Part shown: piece by piece, positions 43,471 through 64,000 of the stretch
Position numbering within the stretch: the first letter of the stretch is position 1
Layout: each line of letters begins with the position of its first letter
Origin: Azolla caroliniana
Lineage: Eukaryota > Plantae > Polypodiophyta
Length of the DNA stretch: 64,000 nt
Assembly (NCBI GenBank): GCA_043228905.1
Contig: JBHGNT010000053.1
Span: 62,001-126,000 of the forward strand
Direction: 5' to 3'
The notes under the pieces: model-generated
What the model was told of the DNA's origin: nothing
The model's database searches: none
The model's input: only the letters and a program-made list of their open reading frames with translations
Made by a program: the position numbers and the translations under genes

Positions 43471-46400
43471 CAAGAAGTTTTCATTAAAATGAAAGGAAAG
43501 ACCTTATGCAGCAAACTAGTTTCGCTCGCTTAGACCTCATCAGTGCAAAAGGTCATGGAAATACAAATGGTGGTTTATATAGGATGTTGAGAATGGGGAA
43601 GGGAGGAGAAAGAGGGAAAGTATAATCATAGTGAGTGGGGTGTAATAAGAGTGTAAATAGATGGAAGGCTGTAAGGATTTAAGGTGGAAGATCTTGATGA
43701 TAGGGGGGGTGGTGATAAAGGGGGAAATGAGTTGGTGATAGGAAGATTGATAGGGTGATAAGACAGATGAGTGAGTGGGATATGGTGATAAGGGGAAATG
43801 AATGAGTGATAGGGTATGTAATTATAAGTAAGTAAATATAAGATGGTGAGAAGGTGAAAATTAAGGAAGGGAATAAGAAGGGAAAGGAAGGAAAATCGTG
43901 GCGGATCGGGGAGAGCTGGAAGCACAGGAAGCTGAGGAGTTGTTCGACCGACTAGGGGTAAAACTCTCCCTCACTACGGCTTACAATCCGGAGGCGAACG
44001 GGAAAGTGGAACGTGGTCACGGGTCTATCGTGAAGGCATTAGTACGTGCTTGTGAAGGGCAGGTCGGGAATTGGCCGCGGCTCCTCCCTTACGCACTATG
44101 GGCGGACCGAACTACGCACAGTTCGACTACGGGGTTCATGCCGACAAAACTGATGTACGGGCAGAAGCCTATCATGTCGGTAGAGCGGACGATCTCTTCG
44201 TGGGCGGCGGTAGACTGGAAGGACGAGATAAGCCGGGAGGAGCTGTTGGCGGCGCCAATTCGACAGCTCGAGCGGAGGCTAGAGGACGTACAGAGGGTGA
44301 AGGAGAAGCTGCGTGCGGCGAGGGAACGAAACAAGTTCCGGTTCAACCAGACGCACCGGCTACGACCCAAGAAGATCGAGGAAGGCGATTGGGTGCTGGT
44401 TTACGACAGCAGCCTCGATAACCAGCATAAGGCGAAGCGTAAATTTGCAAGGAGGTGGTTCGGGCCTTATACGGTGACGAGCGCGAACGGCAACGACACG
44501 TATCACCTCCCAGAACTCGACGGAACACGCTTAGCGGTGCTGGTGGCCGGGAAGCGGATCAAGGCGTTCAAGAAGCGGAATGAAGATGAGCCGGAGCGAG
44601 GAGAGCGACGACGATCGGTTGGGGCCCGGCGAAGAATCGGACAACGACGGATGACGAGCCGGCTTTCTCCCGTATCTACCTGCCTCTGGAGCAGACCGGT
44701 GGATGCGCGGTTTGATGGGGGTGGATTTCGGCACCGCCTTGACTCCCCTTGCTCGTGGAAGTCCCGGAAATGCTATCGGCACGCTCATTGTGCCTTCGTT
44801 CCTGCTCTTGCCGGCCGCTTCCATTGCGTGCCGACCCACCTCTTCCCCCACGCCCACGGGGTCTATCAGCCTCCATGTACAGCATCCGACTGTCCGATTG
44901 AGTGGTCCGAGACTCACTCACGTGGTTTTCTTCGACCATCATCATCGATTGCAAGTCGAAGAAGGACGGTGGTTTCTCCCAGGTACAGATCGTTGTCCGC
45001 ATCGGCCTGTACCTTTTCGCTAGACCACCAAGGCAGATTTGTACCATCTCGTGTTCATCCACTGTCACGTTGATAGACCCGAGTGCGTCACAAATCTCTT
45101 TTACTTTGGTGGTATAGTCCGTGACCGACATGTCTCTCTGTCGGATGTTGTTCAGCTCTTGCCGGAGCTGCAACTTACGGGTTGTGGTACTTGCGGCGAA
45201 AACCTTACGCAGATTTTCCCAGGCTTCCTTCGGCGTCTTTGCATCCCTAATGTAGCCGAGCATCTGGTCATGCACAAAGGACGCGAGGCAGTACAGTACT
45301 CGGCTCGCTCCTTGCTCCCATACCCGAAAGTCCTTGTGTGCAGGTTCTGGCGCTACTTCATTCGTTCCTTCCACAAAACTCCAATACCCATGCCCCAGTA
45401 GGTACTGATGCATTTTGTATGACCAGGACGCGTAGTTGGTCCGGTCGAGTTTCTCTGTGGGAATCGAACTTGCCATAACTCTGTCCATGTCTTTTTCTGT
45501 CTACTGTTCTTACGACCTGTTAGGGTTTGCTCTTCGAAAGTAAATGTCGATTGCAGAGGTTCTCAACCCTCTCGATCTAATACCATGTAGAAGATCACTT
45601 GCGGAAGCGATAGAAAGAACAGAGAAAATAGAAGATACATAGAGTGAGAGAGTACACGGGAGAGACAGAGAGAGCAGAACGTAAAACTATATTCAAAATT
45701 ATATCAACACTCTGTACATACAACACGCTCATCAACGCTATTTATACAAGTCCTCATGGGACTGACAGAAGTACCGTGTACTTCAATGCTCACACGAGCA
45801 TCTAACACTCACTCCAAGACAATAACTACCTAGTAATACCGTAGATTACTAGGCTTCCGGTTACTGATGGATCCGGTTAACCGGCTCCCATGCTTATCGG
45901 CTTTTTGCTCACCGGCATACGAATCCGGCTCCGGTTGAGCTTGCCGCTCAACAATTTCCTCGTAAACAGGATCCAGTTCTTCTGTTTTCATGTTTACTTC
46001 TTCTTAAGAAAGACCTGATTCTTCTGTCTTCCAATGACGTTGATTTGTAAAGACATTTATCCTGATTTAGAAGCTACCTAGATTCAAAGTTCAAACTTTG
46101 ATTTCTGGAATGTTTGTTTGAAAGACAACAGGTTATTTTGCCATTTACTCACGTTTTTTGTTTCTGGAACAACGTTTTAGTAAGTTAAATCATCTTGACA
46201 AATTGCAAGTATATAAGGGTGAATGGAACTCTATTTCCGATTTCCTTTCAAAGTATTTAGTGGTATTGCAAGCTAAATCAATCTTTTTCTCTTTCCCTTT
46301 GTTTTATGTTTAGATTTGGGCATGCTACTTCCGACCAACTGCTTCATGCAACTAGCTTTCTTGCATTATTGGTTGTGGTGAACAATACCATCAGATATCC

Positions 46401-47254
46401 ATAATGTACATAAGTGGGGTTTCTTTCAAATTTATGCAATAGTTTGAGCTTATACCGTTTACACACCTACTTTGTCTTATAAATGGCTACAGAAAAGTAA
46501 TGAATCTTAAAAAATCCTCTAGGTTTCTTACGAAGCCAAATCAGCATCCTTGGCTAGGCCTAAAGAGTTTTTCCATCTGGCTGTAACTCCTTTATTTCAC
46601 ATCCATGTCATTCATTGCTCTTTTTAGTAATTTCCCAACTAAGTTAAACTAAATCAAACATACCATACCATACCAAATTAAACCAAATCAAACATACTAT
46701 AGCATACCAAACCAAATTAAACTAAATCAAACATACCATACCATAGCAAATTAAACCAAATCAAACATACTATAGCATACCATACCAAATTAAACTAAAT
46801 CAAACATACCATACCATACCATAGCAAATTAAACCAAATCAAACATACTATAGCATACCATACAACTAAATCAAACATACCATACCATAGCAAATTAAAC
46901 CAAATCAAACATACTATAGCATACCATACAACTAAATCAAACATACCATACCATACCAACTTAAACCAAATCAAACATACTATAGCATACCAAACCAAAT
47001 TAAACTAAATCAAACATACCATACCATAAGTGGGGTTTCTTTCAAATTTATGCAATAGTTTGAGCTTATACCGTTTACACACCTACTTTGTCTTATAAAT
47101 GGCTACAGAAAAGTAATGAATCTTAAAAAATCCTCTAGGTTTCTTACGAAGCCAAATCAGCATCCTTGGCTAGGCCTAAAGAGTTTTTCCATCTGGCTGT
47201 AACTCCTTTATTTCACATCCATGTCATTCATTGCTCTTTTTAGTAATTTCCCGA

Positions 47255-51938
<4,684 letters not shown>

Positions 51939-54900
51939 TTTGAAGAAGAAGAAGAAGAAGAAGAAGAAGAAGAAGAAGACAGTGTGTGTGTCTGTGTCTC
52001 TGTCTATGTTTGCTGTTGAGTGAAGAAGAAGAAGAAGTAGATGGTTTTGTGAAAGTTTTTGAGTGTTTGGAAATGGATATTTGAAATTTTAAAATGTTCT
52101 CTCTAGCAAGTATTGGATCATTGATCTACTTTGGACGCAACTTGCCAAGCAAAGCAACAACGTGGACGACAACCTCAGTTATGTGCAAGAGAGAGATTAC
52201 ATTTTCAAATGGATCTCCTGCCCCACGACCATTTATCTTGATACTTCAATATCAATGGATGTTGGAAATGTGTGATCAATTTTCGTAAAACAACTTTTGG
52301 GCAATCGTCTCCACATTTTAAAGAGATCAAATTGAGTTGCCATTATGTGTTGTCCTTGCCCCAAACCTCATTATGAGGGGTCAAATCATGAACAAAGTGC
52401 ATTAGGAACTTGCTTGAATTTCATATTCACAAGGATGTCTAAGGTGGGGCCAAATGGCATAGTCATTGATAAGTGTTGGGCATCGTATAATGTTATATTT
52501 AATGTGGTTGCAAGAGACCGTCAATGTTTGATTGTTGCAAATGGGCATGGCTCGCAAACACATTATCGCCATTTGTTGTGTCAGTTCCACGCAAAAAAAA
52601 ATCATGGGGTCCCACTTGTTGCCCAAAATAAGTGTTGGCGAGAGAAACCGCCTTTTATCAATGGATGTGTCTGATGCTAGTGCGGGTTTCACTATCAAGT
52701 ACACTACCTTGAGACAAATAATGAACTGATCTAATGCTGATCTTGTGCATGTCTTAATCAAGGATAGTGAAACCCGCACTAGCATCAGAGGGATCGTCAT
52801 AATATAGTACATGCAATGACAAAAAATATTCAAAATGTTTTTGGTCTTTAACTTTGGAGATTTTGGTCTCCAAAATCAAACCTTAGAAACTTTTTGTGGT
52901 TGGCAATGTGTGGAATTTGAAGTTTTAAGTATTTTCAAAACACGTTTTTAGTTTTTTTGTGGTTGAAATTTATATTAATTGTTATTTTGGTAGTGGAAAT
53001 TTTAATGTTTTGATGACAAAGGTTGTCAGAATCGGGCTATGGGAAACTCCCGTACTCTTTTAGATAAAGATCTAATAGTGCAAATTGCACTTGGCCTCTG
53101 AAATGCGCCCTACACCGTTGTGACCGTGATTCCCTCACCAAGCCTTATTATCAGTTGGATGCAAATAAACACCAGCCTTCTACATACAAACATACATATA
53201 CTTTATGAGCCCGCCGAATCCCACGGAAACTAGAGATTGTGAGTTACATACATATGTAGAAACCTCTAATTGTGTCATGTGGCCAAAAGACCCTTTTGCT
53301 CATCCAACAAGTGAACGGTGTTCCCATTAGTCGGTCCTATGAAAGAGTTGCGAGTAATTTCACAAGTTTTCTCACTCTTTCTCTATATGTGTGCATGTGC
53401 ATGCATGTGTGGATGCATGTCTGTCTCAGGGTATGTTAGGGTTTTTATGTAGTTTTTATGCCAAGGGTTTTGTTTATGATGAAACTAGGTGTCGCGTCGT
53501 GACATATCTGGATGATCGTGATGGCCACATACACAGAAGCATTAATTAGATGTTTTTGATCCTTGCCCCGATGACACAATGACTCACCTTTGTTTGTTTA
53601 CACAGTACATTGTCATATAACAATTATCCCCATATTTGCAATCCTATTCTAAAAGCGTGAACATCATGGTTGGTTTTGACACATTGAATCCTTTCTTCTT
53701 CTTCTTTTTAATAACAAGCTCCTCCCCCTTCTTCGCAATGTGTTGTTTAATTAGCAAACGATTAGCACACATGTGGTTAGGCCGCCATAAAACTCTGCAT
53801 GGTTTACAATTGTTTTTATTACGATCTTCGAAGGATTTATTTGAATGTATTCCTTTGTCTTTACACATATAGATTGTTCACCTTTCATGTTGGCAATGCG
53901 CAAACAAAAGAGAGGTATTTGGCTTGACTCAGAGTCACATGGAAGTTCGAGAAACATGTCTTTCACATAGCGAATTCTTGTGGTATTGAATTGAAGGTAT
54001 TGCCAACCCAATCCAACCAGCCCGTATCCTACCGAATTGAACCATATCATAGTGAATTAAGCCTAATTAAACCAAACCATACTAAATTAAACCAAATCAA
54101 TCCAATTCAACCAACCCAATACGAATTCTTGTGGTATTGAATTGAAGGTGTTGCCAACCCAATCCAACCAACCCAATATCCTACCAAATTGAACCATATC
54201 ATAGTGAATTAAGCATAATTAAACCATATCATACCAAATCAAACATACTATACCATACCATACCAAATTAAACCAAATCAAACATACTATAGCATACCAA
54301 ACCAAATTAAACTAAATCAAACATACCATACCATACCAAATTAAACCAAATCAAACATACTATAGCATACCAAACCAAATTAAACTAAATCAAACATACC
54401 ATACCATACCAAATTAAACCAAATCAAACATACTATAGCATACCAAACCAAATTAATCTAAATCAAACATACCATACCATACCAAACCAAATTAAACTAA
54501 ATCAAACATACCATACCATACCAAATTAAACCAAATCAAACATACTATAGCATACCAAACCAAATTAAACTAAATCAAACATACCATACCATACCAAATT
54601 AAACTAAATCAAACATACCATACCATACCAAATTAAACTAAATCAAATATACCATACCATAGCAAATTAAACCAAATCAAACATACTATAGCATACCATA
54701 CCAAATTAAACTAAATCAAACATACCATACCATACCATAGCAAATTAAACCAAATCAAACATACTATAGCATACCATACAACTAAATCAAACATACCATA
54801 GCATACCATACAACTAAATCAAACATACCATACCATACCAACTTAAACCAAATCAAACATACTATAGCATACCAAACCAAATTAAACTAAATCAAACATA

Positions 54901-57091
54901 CCATACCATACCAAATTAAACCAAATCAAACATACTATAGCATACCAAACCAAATTAAATTAAATCAAACATACCATACCATACCAAATTAAACTAAATC
55001 AAACATACCATACCATACCAAATTAAACCAAATCAAACATACCATACCATACCAAATTATGACGATCCCTCTGATGCTAGTGCGGGTAAGATAAGGATTT
55101 TAGTATTTCTCTTAAGGCTATTGAGGGCTAAGAGAAGGTGGTATGGGGGTTTAACATACTTAATTTTAGTGTTTAGTAGTTGTTCTTGTAGGATACTATT
55201 GTATTTTTCAATAAGGGTTTCTAAGGGAAGGTATTTAGATGGAGGGTTCCAGCTGGGGTTAGGTAATTTGAAGGGATTCGGTGGGGTAGTATCATTATTT
55301 TTAAAGAAGTGTCTAAGGCGTAGTGATCTACTAAGGTTGGTATATTCTTTAAGGATATTTTGAGGGGAGGGTGGGGGGGGGGGGGAAGGGGGGGGTGTAT
55401 TTTAGTCCTAAGTTTAATAATTGTGTTTCGTTTTTACTAAGTGTGTAAGCGGACAAGTTATGTAGACTAAGACTAGTACGAGGGGTATAAGCTAAAGGTT
55501 TCCAAAATTTAGTCCTAGGTCTATTCCTGCGGGTTTTCTTAGAGGTAGGGTAAAACATGAATTTTTTATTATTAGTATTCCCCAACCACATAAAAGTGTC
55601 AGGGGTTGAGGTTTGTCTATTGAGAAGGTAGAAGATTCGTTTTCTAGGATGTATGGCGTGTCTAAAGTGTCTATTCACACGTTTAGCACACCGTGTTAGA
55701 CGTATTTTGGTCGGGCTATGGGAGGGTTTGAGGAGGGGGTATGTGAATGATTTTGAGTATTATGGTGTCTATTATGAGGCCTATGATTTATGTGGGGATA
55801 TGATGTAGTAATATTTTTTGGAGGGGGAGGGGTAGTGTTAACATTATTAAAAGGATAGGGCGTGGTATTAATTTTTGGAGGGGGGAGGGTATTATGTATT
55901 AAGAAAGAAGGGGGAGGGTTAATAGAGGAATTAGAGAAATATGGGGGAGGGATAATAGAGGAAGTAGGGGGAAGGGTATGAGTAAAATGCGGGGGAGGAG
56001 TATACGAAAAATTAGTGTAAATAGGTGGAGGGGAATATGTGTAATTTGAAGAAACGAAAGAGATGGAGATCCCATTAGATAATCGACTGTGCTTGCACCC
56101 CCTTTTGGGTTCCAACATGTCAAAGCATCTTATCCAGGCCATTGTGACAAGCCATTATATATCACAAGTCCATGCGCGCTTCCCAAGGCTAGAAAGTGTT
56201 TTCCATATTCAATTATAGCACTCATATCTTGAACTTTTCTCTTTAGACCAACCTCTTCTGCCATAGCTTCTCCATAGCCAGCCTCGTCGGTGTTAAATAT
56301 AGTTGTTTGTTCATCCTTGGTTCGTGCATTAAAATCTCCTAATAGTATTATATCCCCCATAGTAGCAAATCTTATGATATCATCATATAGTGTTCGATAT
56401 GGTGATTCACCTAGAGGTGCAAACCTTGAATAGGCAGGTGGAAAGTAGCAAATTGCAATATATAGCTCCCTAAGATCCCCTCTTTTTATGCATATCCACA
56501 TGTAGCGTGCATCCACATCCTTATGTACAACATGCACTCTACCATGGAGCTCCTCTTTGTATAGCATAGCCACTCCTCCCGAACCTCTAGTGCTTCCTCA
56601 TTTCTTCCTTTAGTGCTATTTCAATATCTTCTCTAATAAGGTTGATCTCTTGCGCAATCAAATGGCGTAAAAGATCATGTTTCCCATTTTCGACATCGAA
56701 TGGAATGTCGGATGGGGCCTGCATTCTAGGTTCCTTATGCGCCCTTCTGACGCTATTCAGGTCCCGTCCTTTTCGTCTATGATATCTTCTTGTGGTCTTC
56801 AATAGATTTGGACCCTCGTCATGCGTGTTAAGATCCATCTTTTCAGTGTCTGTCCCTTCGGACTCTATGGTGTCAGATGTTGAGGGCAGAAAGAATAGAA
56901 ATTACTACGGGGCAGAAAGAATACAGGAACAGAGTTGGCAGAAGATACAGGAAATCAAATTTGGAAGAGAACGCACAAGATCAGGCATTGCAGAAAACAC
57001 AGAGGACAGACATTTCAAAAAAGACAGACAGAGTCAGAACCCTAAACGCAAACCCAAAACCCTAAACGCAGAGCATAAACCCTACACTCGG

Positions 57092-57146
<55 letters not shown>

Positions 57147-57497
57147 GCCGAAGAGGATGTTGTCTCTGTTGTAACCGCCACCTGTGGCGAAGACAGTGAA
57201 CAAGAGGTCGTTGCCTCTGTGTTCATCTATTGTATATTGTAATATAGTGATAGTTTGCAGTCTGTGGACTGCCGTGGTTTTTCCCGCGTTTGGGTTTTCC
57301 ACGTAAACATCCTATGTACTCTTCTCTTTACTGTGTCGTGCATACATTACCCATTTTTCTGTGTTTGATCCTAGACTCGGTTGTGGCCGAGCGTTGTTTT
57401 CGGGAGCGTGTAGTCCTTACATTGTTCTAGGTAGAGACATCAATGTGGGTAGCATAGTTTTCTTCACAGGTATAAAAATATTTTGCTTCTCATACAG

Positions 57498-60400
57498 GTT
57501 AGTGTCAAGGTTACTCTACTCAACTTTTTTGTTACACAAGAAGGACTTGAAGAGCAACTTCTAGGACAGGTTGTGACAAAAGAACGACCAGATCTTGCTG
57601 AAATGAAGAATCATCTAACTATTTCCAATGCAAATATGAAACGGGAACTTAAAGAGATTGAGTCACAAATTCTTCATCTTTTGTCAAAAGCACAAGTTAG
57701 TGTCCTCTAAAAATCTGTGACAGGCTTTTCAGTTATTCAATTTTTTAATATTTAATAAGTAATCTATTGATAGCATGATAATGAAATTTCATATCTATGC
57801 ATAATTATTTTCAGGGAAACATTCTGGATGATGAAGTCCTTATCAATACTCTTGCTCAGTCAAAGGTAACATCAAATGTTATCAAAATAAAGGTTGCAGA
57901 AGCTGAGAAAACAGAAATAGCCATTGATGAAACAAGAGAGGCATGTATTATTGCTCAATATTATGCTCTAAATGGAATCCCAAAATTGTTAGCGCTGATG
58001 AAATCTATCTGTTTTTGTCTTACAGGGTTACCGTAAAGTCGCAACAAGAGCATCACAATTGTTCTTTTGTATATCAGATTTGGTTTCTGTTGATCCCATG
58101 TATCAATATAGCCTAACTTGGTTCATATCATTGTTCAATCGAGCTATGGATGGTGCTACGCAAGCATCAATAATAGAGAAGAGAGTGCAAAATTTAAATG
58201 AGTATTTTACATATTTGCTTTATGTGAATGTGTGCCGGTCGCTCTTTGAAAAGCATAAGTTGATGTTCTCTCTAATGCTATGTATCAAGATTTTACAGGT
58301 TTGAGCATCTCCTATATTTCCACTACTGTCTATGTGTCTTTTCCCAGAACCTATTTTGCTTCATGTTGAAAATGGGAATTGTAAAGAAAGATATATTAAT
58401 AACTATTTCCCAATCTTACTGAGACACCATAGGATAAAATGCTTTCATGGGGGCAAACATGCAACACAGGCCATTTTTTCCATGTTAAGTAGCTTGAGAG
58501 TTCTAGATTTCAAGCTGTAGAATCAGGCACCCTTTTCATACTATACCTATGTAATCCGTTTTTACTTAGACCATTGCCGTCATTCCAGTGTTAATTTCCT
58601 AGCTGTAGGAAGATATTTTCCAAAGTTTTGAGTTTATTTCAAATCTTTTCCATTTTCCCAGTGTAATAACAGCTTTGTAGTCAATGTTTGGTGTTCTAAT
58701 TAGATTGAGGATGTTGGTGGTACTAGCAACCACATGCTCTACTAGTGAAATAGTCAAAATGAGACAATAGTATTAGATAAAATTTCTGGATTGGACTCAA
58801 AAGGCCATTTTGGCATTGTAAAAAACTTTAATAAAAGCTTGCTTTCTTTCTTTCCATCCTCACTCCATAGATGTAACTGATTGCTGTAAAGAACCTAACT
58901 CTCGTAGAGTGCGTAGTGTGTGTGTGAGAGTGGGTGTGTGAGCAAGAGAAGGAATCAGAGAAAATAAGCATAAATAATCAAATACACAATAGGGGGATGA
59001 CAGCTTATGCACTGAAGAGAAAACTATATTAATCAACTAAAGATCAACTAAACACAATGCGTCAAGAGGGTTTTATATACAAATCCTCAAGTGATTGTTG
59101 GGAATCTAATCAAGATATCCACTCGAGTGTCTTATATTCGTGGACCACATTTACACGTGACAACTAACTAGACATCACAATCTAGTTCTTCGTGTAACTA
59201 CATAGTTCACACAGATTACAATAAAGTGTGTTTTTCTTCATAAGCACATGTTCAGACAAGTTGAGCTTGATTCTCAAAAATTGCTAATAATTACTGGATT
59301 CACTTCATTGTTTGCAATAGATGCAGAAGGCAATGTGACCGCGCCATTGTTTTTTAGCTAATAAGATGCAGCTTCTTTTTTGATATAGGAAAAGGGATGT
59401 GTAGATCCTGTTGAGTGGCGGTTCTTGCTCGCAGGAGCCACATCATCTACAATGTCACAGCCTAACCCTGCTCCAGAATGGCTGACTGACAAGGTATTTA
59501 AGAAATATTGTGATCTTTCTCTTGAACATGTTTGTATGTTTGTTAAGCATCTTACCAGAAGTTTGGTTCTGCAGTCATGGATTGAGATATTACAGCTTAG
59601 CCAGTCAAAGAATCTCAAAGGTTTTGAGCAGCATTTTATTGAAAACATATCACATTATAAAAGGATTTTTGATAGCTCAGAAGCTCATCAAGAACCACTT
59701 CCAGAAGACTGGAATAACAAATTAAACAAACTGCAAAAATTGCTCATACTTCGGTGTATCCGTGTTGATAAGGCACTTCTGGGAATACAGGTACTGACTA
59801 GCCTTGATTCATTTGTTAATCTTGATTCATTGGTTTAGGTATCCATCAATGGAATGGTTAAGCTACCGAATCTTCTCTACATATATTTCATACTAATTTG
59901 AAAATAATAACCAAATGTTTTCTATAGGATTTTGTATCGGAAAACCTAGGTCAGCGCTTTATCGAGCCACCTGCATTTGACCTTGCTGGATGTTATAAAG
60001 ATGGGTCTCCTTCATCACCGCTCATTTTTGTGCTTTCTTCTGGAGCTGATCCCATGGCTGATCTCCTGAAGCTAGCAGAAGACCTTCGGTTTACTAAGAA
60101 ATTTGAGAAGGTATTGAATCCATAGAACTCCCTTTGTTTAAAATACATGTTATGGAGAAACTCAGTTTGGGCAAGCTGGTGGCAGATGATTACAAATATA
60201 GAAACCCAGTTCTCTCTTAAAATGCTTACATATCATTGCTTTTTCTGTGTTTTATTCCTAGGTTTCTCTTGGACAAGGTCAAGGACCCAAAGCAGAAAAG
60301 CTTCTTGAACTAGGGATGGATCGTGGCATGTGGGTATGCCTTCAGAATTGTCACTTGTCACAATCATGGATGCCTGCTCTTGAGCGTATTGTTGATAACA

Positions 60401-62328
60401 TCGATCCAGAAAAGGTAGTACTATAGAATTCAGATTTTTCTTTGAACCAGATTTGAGAATTTCTTTGTTCTTACTTTTAATATTTCATGTTTATACACTC
60501 AGGTGCATAAAGACTTTCGGCTCTGGTTAACCAGCATGCCTAGTCCTGATTTCCCTGTTTCAATTCTTCAAAATGGTGTAAAAATGACTTTGGAACCTCC
60601 AAAGGGTTTGAAGTCAAACCTAGCGCGGTCATACATGAGATATACTGACAAGGTCCTGAATGACTGTGCCAAACCAGATGTATGGAAGAAGTTTTTGTTT
60701 GCGACATGTTTATTCCATGCTGTTATTCAAGAAAGAAGGAAATTTGGTGCTTTAGGATGGAATATAAGGTATGAATTCACAGATGGAGATCTAGCTGTTT
60801 GCCAGACTCAAATTCGGATGTTTCTAAACGAATACAACGAAATTCCGTATAAGGTAGTTTCCTACACTATTTATCCTGATTCGCCATAGCAAGAGAAATT
60901 TTTGTTTTGTCATTGATTGGATGTGTCGATATTCAGGTTATCCGGTTTCTTTGTGGAGAAATCAACTATGGTGGTCGTGTCACGGATGATAAGGATAGGC
61001 GACTTATGAATAATCTGCTTCTCAAGTTTATTATTCCAGAGGTTTTCTACTGTCTCTTATCACACAAGCAAAGAAATGTCTTTATATAATTAGTCTTACA
61101 GACAAAGAAGCAATCTTGACATTCAATTTACTTAACTCTGATGCAGATTATAGTTGAAACAAAACACAGCTTCAGTGAGTCTGGAGTATATATTATCCCT
61201 GATGCAACAAATGTCAATGGATTTGCCGCATACATTAAAGAGCTTCCACTGGCGCCAAAGCCAGAGATATTTGGTCTTCATGAGAATGCTGACATCACAT
61301 GTGATCAAAATGAATCATATGATGTTTTTAACACATTATTATCATTTCAACCAAGAGAAAGAGCGACTGGAACAGGTGGCATGTCACGAGAGGAGACCAT
61401 TGAGAAGTCATGCCAGGATATTCTTGCTAAGCTACCCCCTATATATGATGTTGAAGATGTTCTACGCAAATATCCAACAATGTATACAGAGAGTATGAAC
61501 ACAGTTCTGACACAAGAATGCATCAGATACAATGGCTTGCTCAATGTCATGCGGGTCTCCTTGAGAGAAGTACTAAAAGCACTGAAGGGGTTAGTGATGA
61601 TGTCTCCTGACTTGGAAATGCTTTGCACTAGCATCTTCAACAATCAGGTTATCACCACTCTCAATATGTATGTTTAGTTTATTCACAATAGTCGTTTGCC
61701 GCATGGAAATGACCTTAATTATATTAAAATTTTCAGGTTCCAGACCTTTGGGCAAGCAAAGCCTATCCATCATTAAAGCCACTTGCTTCATGGGTGATAG
61801 ATCTCCTTCAGAGAACAGAATTCATACAAGAATGGATAGATAAGGGGGCCCCTGCTGTATACTGGATATCTGGGTTCTTTTTCCCTCAGGTAGGACTTCA
61901 GTATTACGTTCAGTATTATGTTCAAAAAACAATAAATGAAATGTTTCGTGACCTACACAAGTGTACTCAACAATGTCAATTTGACGCCTAAGAGTAAATG
62001 GGAACCTTGTTTTCAGGCCTTCTTGACAGGAACCCTTCAGAATTTTGCAAGAAAGTATAGATATCCCATCGATACTGTTGGCTTTGATTTCATCGTTGAA
62101 GATAGTCAAACAGCTAAAACAATCCAAAAACCACCTGAAGATGGATGTTATATCCGAGGTTTATTTCTTGAAGGATGTCGTTGGGATTATCAAGAACATA
62201 TGTTGACAGAGTCTAGACCAAAGGAATTATATAGTGAGCTCCCGATTATGTGGCTAAAGCCTGTGCAGTTCAGAAAACCTCCAGAGAGCGGTATCTATGA
62301 ATGTCCTGTTTACAAGACATTATTACGT

Positions 62329-62385
<57 letters not shown>

Positions 62386-62615
62386 GAAGCTAATATATCT
62401 TTCTCTCTCTCAAAATATAGCTAACAAGTAAAATTATTCTTGTAACTTCTCTTTTTGTATTTGTGTGAATGTTAAAAATGTTACCATGTGCAGGAACTTT
62501 GTCAACAACTGGTCATTCAACAAACTTTGTGATGTATTTGGAATTGCCGACTGATAAGCCCCAATCACATTGGATAAATCGTGGAGTCGGCCTCTTTACA
62601 TCGCTTGCATACTAA
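57498..62615 (+). pseudogene. 5'-truncated axonemal dynein heavy chain gene fragment, copy 3
   Basis: Same exons as 27839-32956 at offset +29,659. Confidence 0.9.
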
Positions 62616-64000
62616 TACAATGAGGCAATCTCTACCATTTCCATTCTATGGAGGACGATTTCAAGAGGTTTTTAAATGGTTGTATTACAACTTTTCGTGC
62701 TTGACATTTCAAGAGCCAACTTCTATTTTAAAGTCATCTTTTTTATAAATGGGATTCTTCAAAAAATAGAGCTTGGGGATTGGATTTCTCAACGTACTTG
62801 CAGCAAAATCAAAAGCATTGGAATTCGCAAATGGTGTTTCAAGAGTATTTACAGAGTCTACAATAGACGACATGCAATGTTTGTTGAAGTTTGGAAAAGG
62901 GTAAGTTGAGAGATAAATATCGCTTTTCTCCGAGTTCGGATAAAGGATGTAATCATCAACAATCTATGCGTTATTAAGCTTTGTACATGTTGAGGTGCCT
63001 CTATAGATTTACATTCTCATGCAAACTTTTCCCATATGGCATTCGTTATTGCGATGTATTTCGAGTAAAAACATTGTAACTTCTTGGTTGGGGAAACTAG
63101 TGAAGTATATTGCATATAGTGAGATTCCGCTACATATGCATGGGTTTCCAAACACGTGAAAAATACACTTTGTAATATTTTCAAATTTACAAAGGGTATT
63201 TTCAAATATTACAAAAAGTATTTTTCACATTGCCCTTCATACCATACCATACCAAATTAAACCAAATCAAACATACTATAGCATACCAAACCAAATTAAA
63301 CTAAATCAAACATACCATACCATACCATACCAAATTAAACCAAATCAAACATACTATAGCATACCAAACCAAATTAAACTAAATCAAACATACCATACCA
63401 TACCAAATTAAACCAAATCAAACATACTATAGCATACCAAACCAAATTAAACTAAATCAAACATACCATACCATACCAAACCAAATTAAACTAAATCAAA
63501 CATACCATACCATACCAAATTAAACCAAATCAAACATACCTGTAGGCAACAAGAACTTAAATGTTGAACGTCTGTTAAATTAATGGGTAAACCAATAATG
63601 CTGATATTAACAAAACTTGTCTATTAAATGCAAAAAAGGGATCTATGAAAAGCTGACTACAGATGTAATCTGGCTACGGATTAAAATCGTTGAAAGCGCC
63701 CTCAACTAATGGTAAGCTATGTAGGAGACATGTGGGGTGTACATGAGAGAGATCTAAAAACTCTTACATGGGAGAGCTCACTCTAATCCTTTGGAAATCT
63801 GGAGCCTAGTAAAATTATTACTGTTTGCTGTTTTCCCCAATGGATCCAGAGAGAGTACTTTCAAAAAATTTAAGATTCCAGTCATCTTACATGCTGGACA
63901 CATGAACACACACTGATTGTACTTGATGTTTAATAGAACTATGTGTGAGGGTTTATTGAGACTCAGGGTACACCCCCCATTATTGTGCCTATTCTCCAGA

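Overview
Eukaryotic land-plant genomic DNA. The combination of GT-AG introns, an axonemal dynein, organelle transit peptides and Copia/Gypsy/LINE debris points to a plant with flagellated sperm, for example a fern or lycophyte; this is inference. The whole window is a head-to-tail tandem array of a ~29.6 kb unit: position 1 recurs at 29615 and 59274, giving periods of 29,614 and 29,659 bp and about 2.16 units. The units differ only by a few SNPs and by microsatellite or minisatellite lengths. Each unit contains (i) the 3' part of an axonemal dynein heavy chain gene, (ii) only the first three exons of an organellar leucyl-tRNA synthetase, and (iii) one apparently complete 9-exon, 473-codon adenylosuccinate-lyase-like gene. 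That gene keeps the catalytic His/Ser motifs but has changed nucleotide-binding residues and a replaced C-terminus. Each unit also carries (iv) Copia, Gypsy and LINE fragments and solo LTRs, (v) a Penelope-like reverse-transcriptase N-terminal fragment ending in a 32-bp motif that recurs as inverted repeats, and (vi) three arrays of a pentamer-based satellite, one flanked by a 237-bp direct duplication. The best leads are the amplified, possibly neofunctionalised ASL-like lyase and the Penelope-like/satellite module.
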